Origin: Octopus vulgaris
Taxonomy: Eukaryota
Length of the DNA: 64,000 nucleotides
Reading direction: 5' to 3'
Assembly (NCBI GenBank): GCA_951406725.2
Contig: OX597819.1
Span: 120,900,001 to 120,964,000 of the forward strand
Positions 26,186 through 41,914 of the stretch are shown here, piece after piece. Under the pieces are notes generated by a model. That model saw only the letters and a list, made by a program, of their open reading frames with translations, searched no databases and was not told the DNA's origin. How positions within the stretch are numbered: the first letter of the stretch is position 1; every line of letters starts with the position of its first letter. A program made the position numbers and the translations under genes.

Positions 26186-27623
26186 TTTGCATTCAAAGCT
26201 TAAAACGAGCAAACCGGTATCCATCTTTTTAATTTTTCTTTTGTTGGTCAAATAATCTTCAATCAAGTACCGGGATCGATTTCTTCCACTATAAACTCCT
26301 ACCCCAGCCCACAGTGAGACGTAATAACTTTAACCGGCCCCAGTACGCAACTGTTACTTAATTTGTCTACCCCAAAGTCGAGCTCACCGGAATTTGAACT
26401 CAGAACATAAAGACAGCTCGCCGCCTTCATACCCACTTATATAGACAGGCTGAGATAAAATGTGTCAGAATCATAGATCAGTAAACTTCTTTTCGTCTTA
26501 ATGAAACCTTAGACAAAATATAGACCACAATATTGAGTAGCTTTCGTTTTATTTCCTTTGTAGCTGAGTAGCCAAAAGGAATTGCAATGAAGGCCGATAG
26601 CGATGGCATATCGGATTGAGCCGAAAGTGTTTAAGTTGCTACTTTATATTAAAATACATCGATATAATCAATATAAAAGCTATATTTATCAAAACGACAC
26701 TTTAAAATAAGTATATTGAATGCCAAAAATAAACAAAAGAATAATAATGAAATTAAACTTAACTTTAAATATCATTAACTTTTGAAAAAGAAATTTGATA
26801 ATTTGGTTTGTGTGAGAGTATATTTATTAAGATCTTACAAACATTTAGGATTAAATTAAAGGTTATTATGTGGTTTATAAGCTAAAGAAAATTTCTCGGT
26901 TACTGGAATCTGAGAAGTCAAAATATATTACCCTGTAATTATGCTCTATTTTCGAAACGTTACCTGGGTATGTTTCACTTTTATTCTCCTGCAGAAGTTA
27001 AAGCCTCCTCATGTACTCATGCTGCTTTTTACCAACTGCATGTCTCTCATTTGTTTATGGTTTTGAGCATCATCAGGAAGCCATTGTTGCATCTTTGTTA
27101 CACCACCAGTGAAATATTCGTTTTTAATACCTTAGAAATGACGCCTCGCACCAAATATTTTTTGTGCTGGAAAATTATGATAATTCGCAGGTATATAATT
27201 ATATCGGTTACAAACGAATCCAGGCCGAGGTTCACGGCATTGGAATTCCAATTAGAAAGTAAAAAGCGTAACTTTAACTCCAGTTATTGTAAAGATTACG
27301 CTACAGAGATTCTGTTTACGTAACATTCAACTTTTGTCAAATGTTGCGACACTTGCCTTGCCTATAACCATTTTCTTTGATGAGTGCCGGGGACCATTGA
27401 CACATGCATACACCTCCCCATAGCCTTCTGTTTCTGGCCATGATTATGCATTCAACCAAAGGTATTCCGGTCCATTCTTTGTTGTTCACTTGTCGGCAAA
27501 TAGGAACAATAGCAGTTCTTGAAAATGATCACTGATGTGGATTTCTTCCACCAAGGTCCATCAAGGTGGTGTCCCAGCATGGCCATAGCGAAAGACTAAA
27601 ATAAGTCAAATAATACATATGTA

Positions 27624-27925
27624 TGGAGGCGCAATGGCCCAGTGGTTAAGGCTGCGGACTCGCGGTCGGAGGATCGAGATTTCGATTCACAGACCGAGCG
27701 TTGTGTGTGTTTATTGAGCAAAAACACCTAAAAGGCAGGGGGACGGGTTGTGACCCCTGTTGTACTCTTTCGTCGCAACTTTCTCTCACGTTCACTTCCT
27801 GTTTCTTGAATTACGCTGCGATGGACTGCCGTCACCTCCAGCTGGGGGCAACACTTACGCCACAGAAACCGGGAAACCGGGCCCATAAGCTTGGCTATGC
27901 TAGAAAAGGGCGATGTTTATCGTTT
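27624..27925 (+). mobile_element. SINE family C (tRNA-derived)
   Basis: GGAGGCGCAATGGCCCAGTGGTTA..TTCGATTC; ACAACTTTCTCTCAC; GAAACCGGGAAACCGG. Confidence 0.85.
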
Positions 27926-27927
27926 AA

Positions 27928-27989
27928 TGTATATATACATATACATACATACATACATACATACGTACATACATAAATATACACACATA

Positions 27990-28056
<67 letters not shown>

Positions 28057-28319
28057 ACACATATATATACACATATAAACACACACATACTGACAAACTC
28101 TCACATATATATTTACAAACATACACGCACGCTATATAGAGAGATATATAAATAGATAAATAAACAGACAGGTAGATATTTGCATGCATGTATACGTATA
28201 CAGTATGTTTATAAAGATATACACATATACCTATATGTATATTTATACATATATATATGAATACATACATATATATATATATATATATAAATACATATAT
28301 AATAATATATTTATGTATT

Positions 28320-28351
<32 letters not shown>

Positions 28352-28361
28352 TACATATAGA

Positions 28362-28427
<66 letters not shown>

Positions 28428-28457
28428 CATATATATATTTATATATATTTATATATA

Positions 28458-28493
<36 letters not shown>

Positions 28494-28503
28494 CATTATA
28501 TAT

Positions 28504-28536
<33 letters not shown>

Positions 28537-28548
28537 ATATACACATAT
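27928..28548. repeat. (TA)n-rich microsatellite block
   Basis: Direct inspection. Confidence 0.95.
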
Positions 28549-29179
28549 ACTGTCTAGTACAGTTACGCAGTACGTTTTCATCGAACATCTCCTGGTGCGT
28601 GTTTAATCATCAGGCACACTTAACTGTCAACGCGTGTGTCTGTTTGCGTAACTAGTCTCTGTGTACGCGTACACGTCGGTGTATTTATACGAATTACTCT
28701 TCTTTTTTTTTTTTGTCGTTTCTGTTTGTCTACATATACGTAATATCGTATATAAAGTGTCTAAACATACACCTATAATAAGCCAGTTTATAACACATCG
28801 TAGTTTCTTAATGTTTTGCCTCTTTTCTTTTTATACAAAAACACATCGTTTACTTTTACATATCCAAATATGTCATGAACTGCTAACAGCTTCGTCTAGG
28901 AGGTTGGCAACTATCCGAGATATTCCACCACCAACGACGATAAACAGATTCTTATCAGGACTTTCCTTATTATCCTTGATGTCTGAAGAGCAATCGGTCT
29001 GATACTCCCCTTGTATAGGTGCCATCTACGCCGTCCTTGCAGTGGTGTTAGGTTACGATGTATCGCTGGGTCACTAATGGTGCAAAGAGCTTGCGTGAAG
29101 TTTGACAGGGAGAAGGAGAAGGGAGGGGCAGAACCAACCACAAATGAAAGAAAACAAAACACGCACCGATGAAACTTTT

Positions 29180-29260
29180 ACATATACATGAATACACATG
29201 CACATACAAACACACACAAACACACACACACACACATATATATAAACACATACGTATATA

Positions 29261-29329
<69 letters not shown>

Positions 29330-29370
29330 ATATAGATATATATATATATATATATATATATCTATATATG

Positions 29371-29435
<65 letters not shown>

Positions 29436-29503
29436 ATATCTATCTATCTATCTATCTATATATATATATATATATATATTCATATATATATATATATATA
29501 TAT

Positions 29504-29538
<35 letters not shown>

Positions 29539-29863
29539 CAGATATATATAGATATATATTCAAGGATGTATGTGTTTGTGTGTATGTATATGCTGTGTAT
29601 ATACTAGTCTACGCATTTGTATGTGTGTGTTTTGTCGGTGTATATGAGTGCAAATAGGTTAAAAACACAAACACAATTATAGATAAGAAGAAAAATAAAT
29701 GCATGTAAATGCAGATACGTATATGTCTACGCATGTGTTTATTGTCATTTAGTGTTATGTATACGTTCACGTATATAAGTATGCCTGTGTGTATATATAC
29801 AAACATACATACATATATACATATATAAATATAGGTACACACACACAAACATATATATATATG

Positions 29864-29902
<39 letters not shown>

Positions 29903-29949
29903 CACATATATATATATATATATTTCTAAGTATTTATACATACTATATG

Positions 29950-30015
<66 letters not shown>

Positions 30016-30098
30016 TATTATTATATATATATATATATATATATACATATATATACATTTATTCATATTTATATATATATATATACACACACATACAT

Positions 30099-30181
<83 letters not shown>

Positions 30182-30521
30182 TTAAATAACATACGTGCGT
30201 AGAGAAATGTGTATGTATTCCAGGATTTGCTTGTATGTGTATATGTGTGTGTGTATATAGACATGGAAGAGAGAAAGAGAGAGAGAGAGAGAGGGAGGAT
30301 AAAAAGTGAAAGAGAGAGAGAGAGAGTGAAAGAGGAAGTGAGAGAGAAATGGACAGAGCGAGGGAGTGAGTATGCGCATAGCCAAATACACTCATCAACA
30401 GACATCGAAAAAATGCGAAATAAAATGATAGCGATATTTGTTGTCGCTCACAAATAAGAAATAAGAGGGAATAAATAACTAAGTAGATAAAGAGAAGAAA
30501 GAAAATAACAACAACAACAAT

Positions 30522-30557
<36 letters not shown>

Positions 30558-30584
30558 AATAATAATAATAATAATAATAACAAC

Positions 30585-30631
<47 letters not shown>

Positions 30632-31032
30632 CGACAACAACAACAGCAGCAATAAAACGAGGAATAAATAAAAATAAGAAATATACAAGGGCAAATATAT
30701 AAGACGTGTATGTGTGTTTTAGTTTAATAGAAAGAAATGTAATAAAGAGAATATGTATATATAAGAAAAATGAAATAAAATAAAATAATGATGGCGAAGG
30801 AGAGAAGAAAAGACGAAGAAAAAATGTAATGGCGTCGGGGTGGAATGTTGAGCGATGGAGATAAATGTATAATGGAAGATGTTCCAGACAAGGACTGTTA
30901 ATACTGAATCTTATGTAGACCAGTAGTAGAGGATGTATGTAATTATATATATGTTCATCATTATGTCTATATATATATATATATATATATATACATACAT
31001 ACATACATACATACATACATACATACAAACAC

Positions 31033-31067
<35 letters not shown>

Positions 31068-31127
31068 TATTTATACATATACATATACACACACACATAT
31101 ATTTATATGCATATATATATTTATATA

Positions 31128-31215
<88 letters not shown>
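29180..31215. repeat. Microsatellite cluster (TA)n, (GATA)n, (GA)n, (CAA/TAA)n
   Basis: Direct inspection. Confidence 0.9.
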
Positions 31216-31218
<3 letters not shown>

Positions 31219-31520
31219 AGTCACAATGGCCCAGCGGACTCGTGGTTGTAGGATCACGCGGTTTCGAATCCCAGAGCGGGCGTTGTGAGTGTTTATTGAG
31301 CAAAAAACACCTAAAAGTTCCACAAGGCTCCGGCAGGGGGTAGTGGCGATCTCTGCTGTACTCTTTCGCCACAACTTTCTCCCACTCTTTCTTCTGTTGG
31401 ACTGCTTTCTTAGCCAGCGGGGTGACGTCATTTGAAGGCTAAAACAATGCGAAGCGCATTGTGACCAGCGATGTGTAGCAACATCTGATAGCCTGGTGAG
31501 TCACGGTAATCACGGTGATG
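31216..31520 (+). mobile_element. SINE family C variant with a different 3' tail
   Basis: Head and body as 27624; tail GCGAAGCGCATTGTGACCAGCGATGTGTAGCAACATCTGATAGCCTGG..TCACGGT repeats. Confidence 0.8.
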
Positions 31521-31559
31521 TATATAGATACACATACATATATACATATATACACATAT

Positions 31560-31900
31560 AAATCCTTAAATCCTTAAAAATTTTTTAGCCCGAAGGCCGC
31601 GGCCATGCTGGGGCACCACCGCTGAATGAGCTACACTAGTTTGTGAATCCACCTCTGATACGTGGCACTTGATCAACAAGGGAGTTCGATGCTGCTGCCC
31701 GCATCCGTGTCTCCTGTCGTGAGGTAGGTTCATCTGGGACTCCCAACAAGAAGAGATCCAGTTTAGTTTTAAAGAAACCCACATCCACACCATGTAAGTC
31801 TCTCAGGCATTTAGGGAGGATGTTAAAGAGCTGTGGTCCTCTGAAACCCAAGCTGTTGCAGTATCTGGACCTGTATTTTGATGGTGATGTTGGAATCACA
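31560..31900 (-). mobile_element. CR1/L2-like LINE 3' end (related subfamily)
   Basis: ORF 31636-31899 [43 protein letters not shown]; (TAAGGATT) terminal repeats. Confidence 0.85.
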
Positions 31901-32013
31901 TATATTTACATATATATATATATTTATATATACGCGAGAAAGAAGCAACAAGAATGGATAGGTTTTTAGTACAATCGTTTCATACAAGGACAGGCTTTAT
32001 TAAAAGTTGCAAA

Positions 32014-32118
<105 letters not shown>

Positions 32119-32585
32119 TACTAAACACATACACATATATACAAATATCTGCAGGTGACTAGGAGCGCGTGAGTACGTTTATATAAACGTAAATTCTACT
32201 AATACATTTGATTACCTCTTGGACAAACATTTTATATACATCTGTATTGAATTTCTCATTGTTGATGCCGTTCCCTATAGATGCACAAATGCACTGCATA
32301 TTATTATCGAAACAGCTGTAAGCTAATGACGTTCATAAGATAACCATTCACGTCTTTGCCTTCCGTCTTTCTTATTACCGTTCTATACTCCCCAAACACT
32401 TCATTCTGAAACATACGTATATTCAGTTCTACACAAGGTTATTAGTCTCACAATGCCTAAGCGAATTACACACATACACACACATACACACACACACATC
32501 ACACAACACACACACGCGTATATATAAGTACTTACATGCATTCGTACATATATAAGTGTGCGTAAAAGAATAAAGCTAAAAGAAC

Positions 32586-32750
32586 AGGCGCAGGAGTGGC
32601 TGTGTGGTAAATAGCTTGCTTACCAACGACATGGTTCCGGGTTCAGTCCCACTGCGTGGCACCTTTAGGCAAGTGTCTTCTACTTTAACCTCGGGCCGAC
32701 CAAAGCCTTGTGAATGGATTCGGTAGACGGAAACTGAAAGAAGCTAGTCG

Positions 32751-32815
<65 letters not shown>

Positions 32816-32945
32816 TTATATGTGTGTATATGTTTGTGTGTGTGTGTGTGTGCGTGTGTCCCCAACATCGCTTAACAAACGATGATAGTGTGTTTACGTT
32901 CCGTAACTTAGAGGTTCCGCAAAAGAGACCGATAGCATAAGATCC
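32586..32945 (+). mobile_element. SINE family A, 3'-truncated
   Basis: Near identity with the 6576 copy. Confidence 0.9.
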
Positions 32946-33276
32946 AAGATCTGTGACAGGATTACTCATTTTTACCAGTTAAGTGGTTCGAAGAAACGAA
33001 ATATTTTGCTCAATCTGCAGTTGACCAATAAAATGTGACCTTGGCTGAAATCATAGTTTCTGAGTTGGCATAAATAATACTCGACACTAGCAGAGCTGTT
33101 CTTCAAACGTTGCAGCAAGGCCTTTTGACTTGGTAGCTCTAATATTCAGAGGTGCAGCATACTAATCGCATGGTTCAGGAATCAAAAGCACAATTCTGCT
33201 ATCATGTCACTATCTTAGTCACTATGCCAAATTTCTTCATAAATGAATACACACACATGCACACACACACATATAC

Positions 33277-33489
33277 TCTTTTACTTGTGTCAGTCATTTT
33301 GACTGCAGCCATGCTGGAGAACCGCCTTTAGTCGAGCAAATCGACTCCGGGATTTATTCTTCGTAAGCCCAGTACTTATTCTATCGGTCATTTTTGCCGA
33401 ACCACTAAGTGACGGTGACGTAAACACACCAGCATCGGTTGTCAAGTAATGCTAGAGGGACAAACACGGACACACAAACATATACACAC

Positions 33490-33560
<71 letters not shown>

Positions 33561-33714
33561 TACGACAGGCTTCTTTCAGTTTCCGTCTACCAAATTCCAC
33601 TCACAAGGCTTTGGTCGGCCCGAAGCTATAGCAGAAGACACTTGCCCAAGATGCCACGCAGTGGGACTGAACCCGGAACCACGTAGTTGGTTAGCAAGCT
33701 ACTTACCACACAGC
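33277..33714 (-). mobile_element. SINE family A
   Basis: Reverse complement of an almost full-length copy. Confidence 0.9.
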
Positions 33715-33949
33715 CTTTCATGTTTCGCCAAGAAGTGGGGCATGCGACCAGAATTTCCGACTACAGTCAAATGTCAGAAACTACTTCAAATCAGTGTTAG
33801 AGTATCCAAGAACAATAGCAATAACAACAATGAAGAGACACCGCTCTCTCCATGCCCTCCCCCACCATCTCCATCGCTGCTCAGCCAAAAAGAAACATTA
33901 AAAGATATTAAGTAAAACAATGTCGTAAGACTAACGTGTCAAATGATGG

Positions 33950-34276
33950 TGACACTTATCGCCAGTGTCATCATCACAATCCCTAAAATCATCATCTACA
34001 TTGACACCTTCTTAATCTTGATCATCACCCATCCTCGTCATCACTAGCATCATCGTCGGCGTCACCGTCGTCATCATCATAATCATTATCATCATCATCA
34101 TCACCATCATCGTCGTCGTGGATCCACTCTCATACGCCGGCTTCGCTTCTTTACCTTCATCATCATCATCATCATCATCCTTATCGTTATCATTATCACC
34201 ACCATCATCATCGTTATCATCATCATCCTCGTTGTCATCATCATCATCGTTATCATCATCATCGTCGTCGTCGTCG

Positions 34277-34316
<40 letters not shown>

Positions 34317-34679
34317 GGTCATCATCATCATCATCATCATCATCATCAACAGCAACATCATCATCGCTGTCGTCATCGTCGATCGCGGCCTCTCATCATC
34401 ATTACCATAACACTTCTCCTCCTCCTCTGCCACCACTGTCGTAATCTTCTTGTGATCACCATCATCATCATCACCATCATCGTCATCGTAATCATCATCG
34501 TCGGCGTCGTCAGCATCATCATCATCATCATCACCGATATCGTCATTATCATTATATTCGCTGTCATCAGCGGCATCGTAGTAGACGTCATCATCATTAT
34601 CATCATAATCATCATCATCCTCACAATCATCATCATCATCAACATCATCCGTCATCCGCCTCCTCCTCCTCCTCCTCCT

Positions 34680-34712
<33 letters not shown>

Positions 34713-35975
34713 CATGGTTTTCTATTTCCATCCCCCTGAACACCAATTCCGAGTGCCACTTCCTTCACCCTCTTCCCTTCCTCTTCTTCACCATTAACAC
34801 TTACGACCGTCACCAGCAGCATCGTCATAACGGTAAAGACTAAGTCTACAGCTACACTCATCGCCACCCCCTTCACCATCAACACCGCCATCTACTTTCA
34901 TAATTAACATCCGTACCATTATATGCAGCACAAATTTCATGTTAATTGATATAATCTACATCACCATCATAATCATCTCGTTTTTCATCACCCACTTTTG
35001 CTCATACTAATCCTCCTATTCCTCTCTTCTTCTTCTTCTTCTTCTTCTTCTTCTTCTTCTTCTTCTTCTTCTTCTTCTTCTTCTTCTTCTTCTTCTTCTT
35101 CTTCTTCTTCTTCTTCTTCTTCTTCTTCTTCTTCTTCTTCTTCTTCTTCTTCACCATCATCATCACCATAATCATCATCGTCGTCGTCAGCACCATTGCC
35201 AATGTTCTCCCCCTCTTCTACTCATCATCATCATCGTCATCATCATCAAAATCTTCCTCATCATCATCACCACCATCACCATCATCCCCATCCCTCTTCT
35301 CTTCATCGCATCATCACCTTTATCATCATCATCATCATCGTCATCATCACCACCACCAACATCATCATCATCATTATCATCATCTTCGTCATCATCACCA
35401 TCCACATCACTATTTCCTCTTTTCCCTCGTCCTCGTAATCATCGTGATCTTCAACATCACCATCATCTTCTTCATCTTTCTATCATCTTCCACCTCCTCC
35501 TCCTCATCCCCTTCATCATCATCAACATCACCATCATCGCCATCATCACCATCATCGTCGTCAACGTCCCCTTCATTACCGTTATTATCATTATCATGAA
35601 AATCACCATTCTCTCGCTCCTCCAGCTCACCTCCCCTCACCATCATCATCTACATCATCACCATCGTCGTCGTAGTCGTTATCATCATCACCATTATTAT
35701 TTTTCTCAATCATTGACATTGAATCTGTTCTTACTGTTCTTCGATCTCCTCCTCCCCATTATCATCATCATCATCATCATCACCACCATTGACATCATCG
35801 TCATCATTAAAATTTTCCTCATCATAACGACCAACACACCGACGCCATCTCAGTCCTACTAGCCGTCATCGTCATCATCGTTTTCATTTTCATCATCGCC
35901 ACAACCACCACAACCACCACCACCAACGACACAACACCACCACCATCATCATCATCCTCATCATCATTACCATCA
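33950..35975. repeat. ~2-kb degenerate (ATC)n tract with (TTC)n run
   Basis: Trinucleotide periodicity; pure (CTT)n at 35024-35152. Confidence 0.9.
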
Positions 35976-36597
35976 TTTGCATAGTAAAAACGATAACTCA
36001 GTTGTTCCCAGCCGGTTTCCCACGACCCTTTGGCGGTCGATATGGTTCCGATATGACAGAATCGCTGGCATGTCGGACAAAATGCCTCATCCGATGCATT
36101 ATGCTCTGATTCGGGTTCCGCCTGGGGCGACTTTGTTTATCATATTTATAAAGTACCAGTCGGGTACTTGGGTTGATATGATCCAGTGTCCCCCTTCACC
36201 TAAAATGCTGGCCTTGTGCCAAAATTTGGAAGACTTTCCCAGTCGAAAATTTTGTTGTTAAAACTTGTGTGCAATAAATTGTATATACATCTAAACTACG
36301 AAAAATATTTTAACAATTGATTAGAGTATTCCTAATGATAATAATTAATCATAAAAATATTATAGAATTTAAAAAAAATATTGAAAGGTTATGAGGGTCC
36401 ACCCGCAGAAAATAGTAACCAAATGAGTTCATGGGTAAAAATTGGTTATAATATAACCACTGGTTATAATATGACCAGAAAACAAAACCCGAACTTGCTG
36501 TTTTCAGCATGTCTAGCATAACAGGAACCATCTCCAACTTCAACAGCATCACCTCGAACATTTACGCTTACAACTTGTGTCAGTGAGGAAGCCTCTT

Positions 36598-36955
36598 CAG
36601 GCGGCGAGCTGGCAGAAACGTTAGCACGCCGGCGAAATGATTACCGAGGTCGACTTTGCCTTTCATCCTTTCGGGGTCGATTAAATAAGTACCAGTTACG
36701 CACTGGGGTCGATATAATCGACTTGATCCGTTTGTCTGTCCTTGTTTGTCCCTTCTGTGTTTATCCCCTTGTGGGTAGTAAAGAAATAGGTATTTAGTCT
36801 GCCACTACGTTCTGAGTTCAAATTCCGCCGAGGTCGACTTTGCCTTTCATCCTTCTGGGATCAATTAAATAAGTAGCAGTTACGCATTGGGTTTGATCTA
36901 AGCGACTGGTCCCCTCCATCAAAATTTCGGACCGTGTGCCTAAAGTAGAAAAGAA
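36598..36955 (+). mobile_element. SINE family B (dimeric core)
   Basis: GGCGGCGAGCTGGCAGAAACGTTAGCACGCC head; core occurs twice. Confidence 0.9.
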
Positions 36956-37411
36956 TGAAGAAGCCTCTATGGGGCAGTTGAATGTGTTAGAATTAGCAGG
37001 AAAATATTTTTTAATTCTTTCCATAATTCCATGCAAAATATTAGAAGTTGCGGTCATTGGAAGCAATTAAATATGTTGTAGCAGAAATGTCTTTATTTAC
37101 TGTTCCTCTCGTTCAGGTTTGTATGAGGCTAAGTAAAAATGGAATTAAAATAATTCAAAGAGCTACGACAGTGAATTAGACGTTTTCTGAATTAGGCTCT
37201 CAATTCGACAAAATCTATATGTACATACATTGATGCACATACACTTACACACATACGCTCAAACGGACGCACACACACACACACACACACATGCACACAC
37301 GAACGCACACAGGCACATACGTACGGACTGACGCCCGCGCACTCACACACGGACGGACGCATACACACACACAGACGGACGCACGCACACACACACAGTT
37401 AGATAGATAGG

Positions 37412-37458
<47 letters not shown>

Positions 37459-37689
37459 ATGCAAGATCTGCAAGCGTTTAGATTTTCTCTGCATTTCCCC
37501 TCTCTCTATCAAAATAATTCTTTATTTTGTTCAAGACTTACTAACAAACCTAAACGTCTAAACAAAAAAATTTTCTAAACAAAACTAAATTTCTAACTTA
37601 CGAAATATAAAGAGATTTAAAATTAAAAACGATGCAAAGGCGAATTAAGTGCAATGCGTCATTTTGTATGCAGTAGAATCTAGTAGTAT

Positions 37690-38032
37690 GAATACACCAT
37701 TGTACGAGACTCGTACGAATTTTTGTCGTGAGGTACGAGCGAAAATCCGCGGCACGAGCACACAAATTAAGGTAATTCAGTTAATAAAACCAGTTTTATT
37801 AACTGAATTTATTTCTTTTGCATTCGCTTTTTTCTAATTGTCATTTTACTTGTGTCTACACCTTTTCTGTATTAAAACCCATAAAAAAAAATTGAGAGGT
37901 TTTGAGAGCTGGAACGGATTAATTATATTTTAGTTAATTTCAATGGGGAAAATTGATTTGTAAAACGAATAAAACCCTAAGACGAGCTTGGTCATGGAAC
38001 GAATTAAACTCGTATTGCGAGGTGTCACTGTA
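37690..38032. mobile_element. Tigger/pogo-like DNA transposon remnant
   Basis: Right end GAACGAATTAAACTCGTATTGCGAGGTGTCACTG-TA; left end degenerate. Confidence 0.55.
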
Positions 38033-38098
38033 TTTCCATTCACTTAAAATCTACCTGCATTTAAAGCACACTGTATAACATGCACAACCCTGGACAAA

Positions 38099-38649
38099 TA
38101 CGAGGTTGAGTCAAAAAGTAATGCCATTTTGTTTAGGACAGGTATAATTACCAACACAGGAACATGTATCATACATGAAAAGGAAGCTGGTCCTCTGTGG
38201 ATCAGATCCCTACTTCTCAACATAATCACCGATTCTCTCAATAGTAATGTTCCACCTTCGAAAGGGAGCATGTATCCCTGCGCTATAAAATTATGTTGAC
38301 TGTTCGTTAAGCCACTTCTTCACTACAGTTTTCACTTCCTCGTCACTGGAATAATGTTGGCCTCTAAAACCGTCTTTCATGGGACCGAAGAGATGATAGT
38401 CCAGTGACGAGGAAGTGAAAACTGTAGCGAAGAAGAAGCTCAAAGAACAGTCAACAGAATTTTACGGGGCAGGGATATATGCTTTCATTCGAAAGTGGAA
38501 CATTGCTATTGAGGAAACGCTGACTATGTTGAGGAGTAGAAATGTGATCCGCAGAGGACCAGCTTCATTTTGATGTATGATACATGGTCCTGTGTTTGTA
38601 ATCATACCTGTTTGAACAAAATGGCATTACTTTTTGATTCACCCTCGTA
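38099..38649. mobile_element. Palindromic non-autonomous mariner (two inverted 3' ends)
   Basis: TA-CGAGG..TCAAAAAGTAATGCCATTTT TIRs; minus strand encodes YHLFGPMKDGFRGQHYSSDEEVKTVVKKWL..GDYVEK*. Confidence 0.9.
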
Positions 38650-39805
38650 TATGCGGCTACATATATACACTTATCTACATATAAATATATTTCACATGCA
38701 TGTGCAAGTTTTTCACATACATATACTGAGGCACTTGTATTTGAGATTATGAAATGCAGTTCGTCGGTATTTGTACTGATGTAGACATTATATATCGTAA
38801 GAAAATTCGCTCAACACAAGAAATGAAGCGATGACTTAACTATGGAGGACATGCTCATTGTAGCGCATCAATGGAACTGGAAATATTTGAAGAATTTTAA
38901 CCTGTAATACGTACACACACGCTTTCCCTCAATGTATAACTATTATACGGACATATAATATAATATTTGCTGTCTACGGACATTTTTACTCAAGCTGGCC
39001 ACTGGTAAAAATTTAATATCTAATTTTTACCCTATATTTAAAATTTATATATATATACATATATAAACATACATATGTATTTGCATATATATACAATATA
39101 ATATAACACACACATATACATCTATATGTATGAATATATATATATATATATAAATATATATACATACATACATACATACATATATGCATATATATAATAT
39201 AATATAGCACACACACACACATATATACATGTATATATAAATGTACATATATGTTTATATATATATATATATATCCGTATGTGTATGTGTGTGTGTATAC
39301 ACACATACACACATACATATACATTCGTGTCTTTCATATTCCATTGAAATTGCACAGGCATCATTCTTTATTCAAGAGAATTTTGAAGGCTAAAACCAGA
39401 GAAGCATGCTTACTAATATAGACAGAAACTTCAGATTTCTCCGTAATGTGTCTTTGTGTCCCAAATTCCACCACGAGGCTCAGTGAACCGAAAATAGCAG
39501 GATACAAAAGAAACAGTCGAAGAATTCAAGCAAGGAAGAAATCGCAAATTTAAGAAGCAAATGCACTTCAGATGAACGTGGAGACACGGTGACATTGGAA
39601 AGCTTTTCACTGCGTTGCTAGGCAGTGGTTTAATAGAGGATATCAGAGCATATTGTCGATGCAGAAAATAACTTTTTGCTTGATACACAAAACTCTTAGA
39701 AGGTGGAATATGTTAACAATAGGACTGAATATACGGAACAAAATGGGCAATAGAATGGGCTGTTAAATTGTGCTTGCATACTGCTCATACAAAAATACAT
39801 GTGTG

Positions 39806-39843
<38 letters not shown>

Positions 39844-39951
39844 TTGATACATACATATATGCATACATACATCCACGCATATATATATCTTATCCCTCTA
39901 GATGTATGCACACGCAATGCCAGAGAGAGAGGATGGTGGTACGTATGTATG

Positions 39952-39997
<46 letters not shown>

Positions 39998-40117
39998 AAC
40001 GTATATATATGTATATATATACATGCATAAATGCATGCGTATAGATGTTTGTATATTAATATATATGCATGTATACATATGCATGTGAACACTGTCACAC
40101 GATTCACGCAATTGCAT

Positions 40118-40226
<109 letters not shown>

Positions 40227-40788
40227 CATAAATATATATATACATATATACATATATTCTTATATTCTTTTATTTGTTTCAGTCATTTGACTGTGGCCAT
40301 ATATACATACACACACGTACACACACACTCACACACACACACACACACACATATGTACGTATGTATATATTTACCTTTAATTATATGCGAATGGGTGTGG
40401 TTGTGCTCTTCTTTATGGACGCTCATACATATACTTAAACATTTTTCCCGCGCGCACACAAACACAGACACAAACACAAACACAAACACAGACACAAACA
40501 CAAACACAAACACACGCTCACACTCAATACAAACACGCACAACCACATTTACATATACTTGCACGCAGCACTCGCGCGCGCACCACCAGCATCGCTGCAT
40601 GTAATTATCTATGCTAGTAATGTAGGTTATCAGCGCCATCTATTCAATAATAAAGCTTATAAATATATTCATCTATTGAGGGAGGATAAGATGAAATGGC
40701 TTCGTTATTTATTATTTATCATACGATTTTCGTTAGGTATCATATATTTACAATATAAATATACACAAATGATATACATACATACATT

Positions 40789-40865
<77 letters not shown>

Positions 40866-40931
40866 AAAATATACAGAGTGAGCAAGAGAGAGAGACGGAG
40901 GGAGAGCGATGGAGAAGCATATATATATATT

Positions 40932-40963
<32 letters not shown>

Positions 40964-41319
40964 TGTTCATACATGTATGTATATTTATAAATAAAGTATG
41001 TCCTGCTTGTGCTGTTCTATACAGCGATGAGAATTTCTCTTCTGGTATTTTAACAAAGCCATATGCCATTCATAGATATTTTATTTGTGAAAGCGTATAG
41101 TTTATAGTCTCATATATACGTATGTATTTCCCATGCAGAACAACGGTTTTCTCTTTTATGCATGTTTATATATATATGCTTCTGTATATATGCATCAGAG
41201 CATGTATGGAAAAATGTGTTTACTCATGCATGTCTGCATACCTGTGATCATGTGTGTATTTCATATAGGCATATATATTCATATAAATATGTATACATAA
41301 GTACATATATATGTATAGG

Positions 41320-41364
<45 letters not shown>

Positions 41365-41375
41365 ATACATATTTA

Positions 41376-41406
<31 letters not shown>

Positions 41407-41914
41407 CTATATATATATATATATGAGTATGTGTGTGTTTACGTGTGGTTGCGTATGCGAGCGTGTGTATATATACAGACACAAACACCCATGGCTATTC
41501 GCAATTTACAACCGAAAGTCAACAATATGAAACTTCATATGCTATAAGTGCGCGCGCGCGTGGGTGTTTGTTTGTGTCCCCACCAGCATGCAATGTCGTG
41601 TCAAAATATGTAATATGGAATATCAAAGTGTGTGAGTGCCCGACTGGTATAAATACACTTTTCCATATATTTGTTTAAAATCCTTGAGCGTATTCCCTCG
41701 CATGGCCGTTGTCGAGAGACAAAATTTAAAAGAAAATTAAAATTTGAAATTTGAAAAAAGAAAAAACTTACTAGTTTGAAACAATACTTCGAATTTTGAA
41801 TCGATCTATATTCAATCTGATCAAAATTGGTGTCGTGTTCGCTAAAAAATTATATAAATATCCGATTCAAATTTAGTCGATAACATGGACTCCCGTGCTC
41901 AACTGGTATATAGT

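Noticed and set aside
28560-28620. Minus-strand CTGATGA..GAAAACGTA hammerhead candidate
   Set aside because: Stem I does not pair and there is an extra A in the GAAA strand
39440-39625. Purine-rich, codon-like stretch
   Set aside because: Frames close within ~40 codons; nothing recognisable
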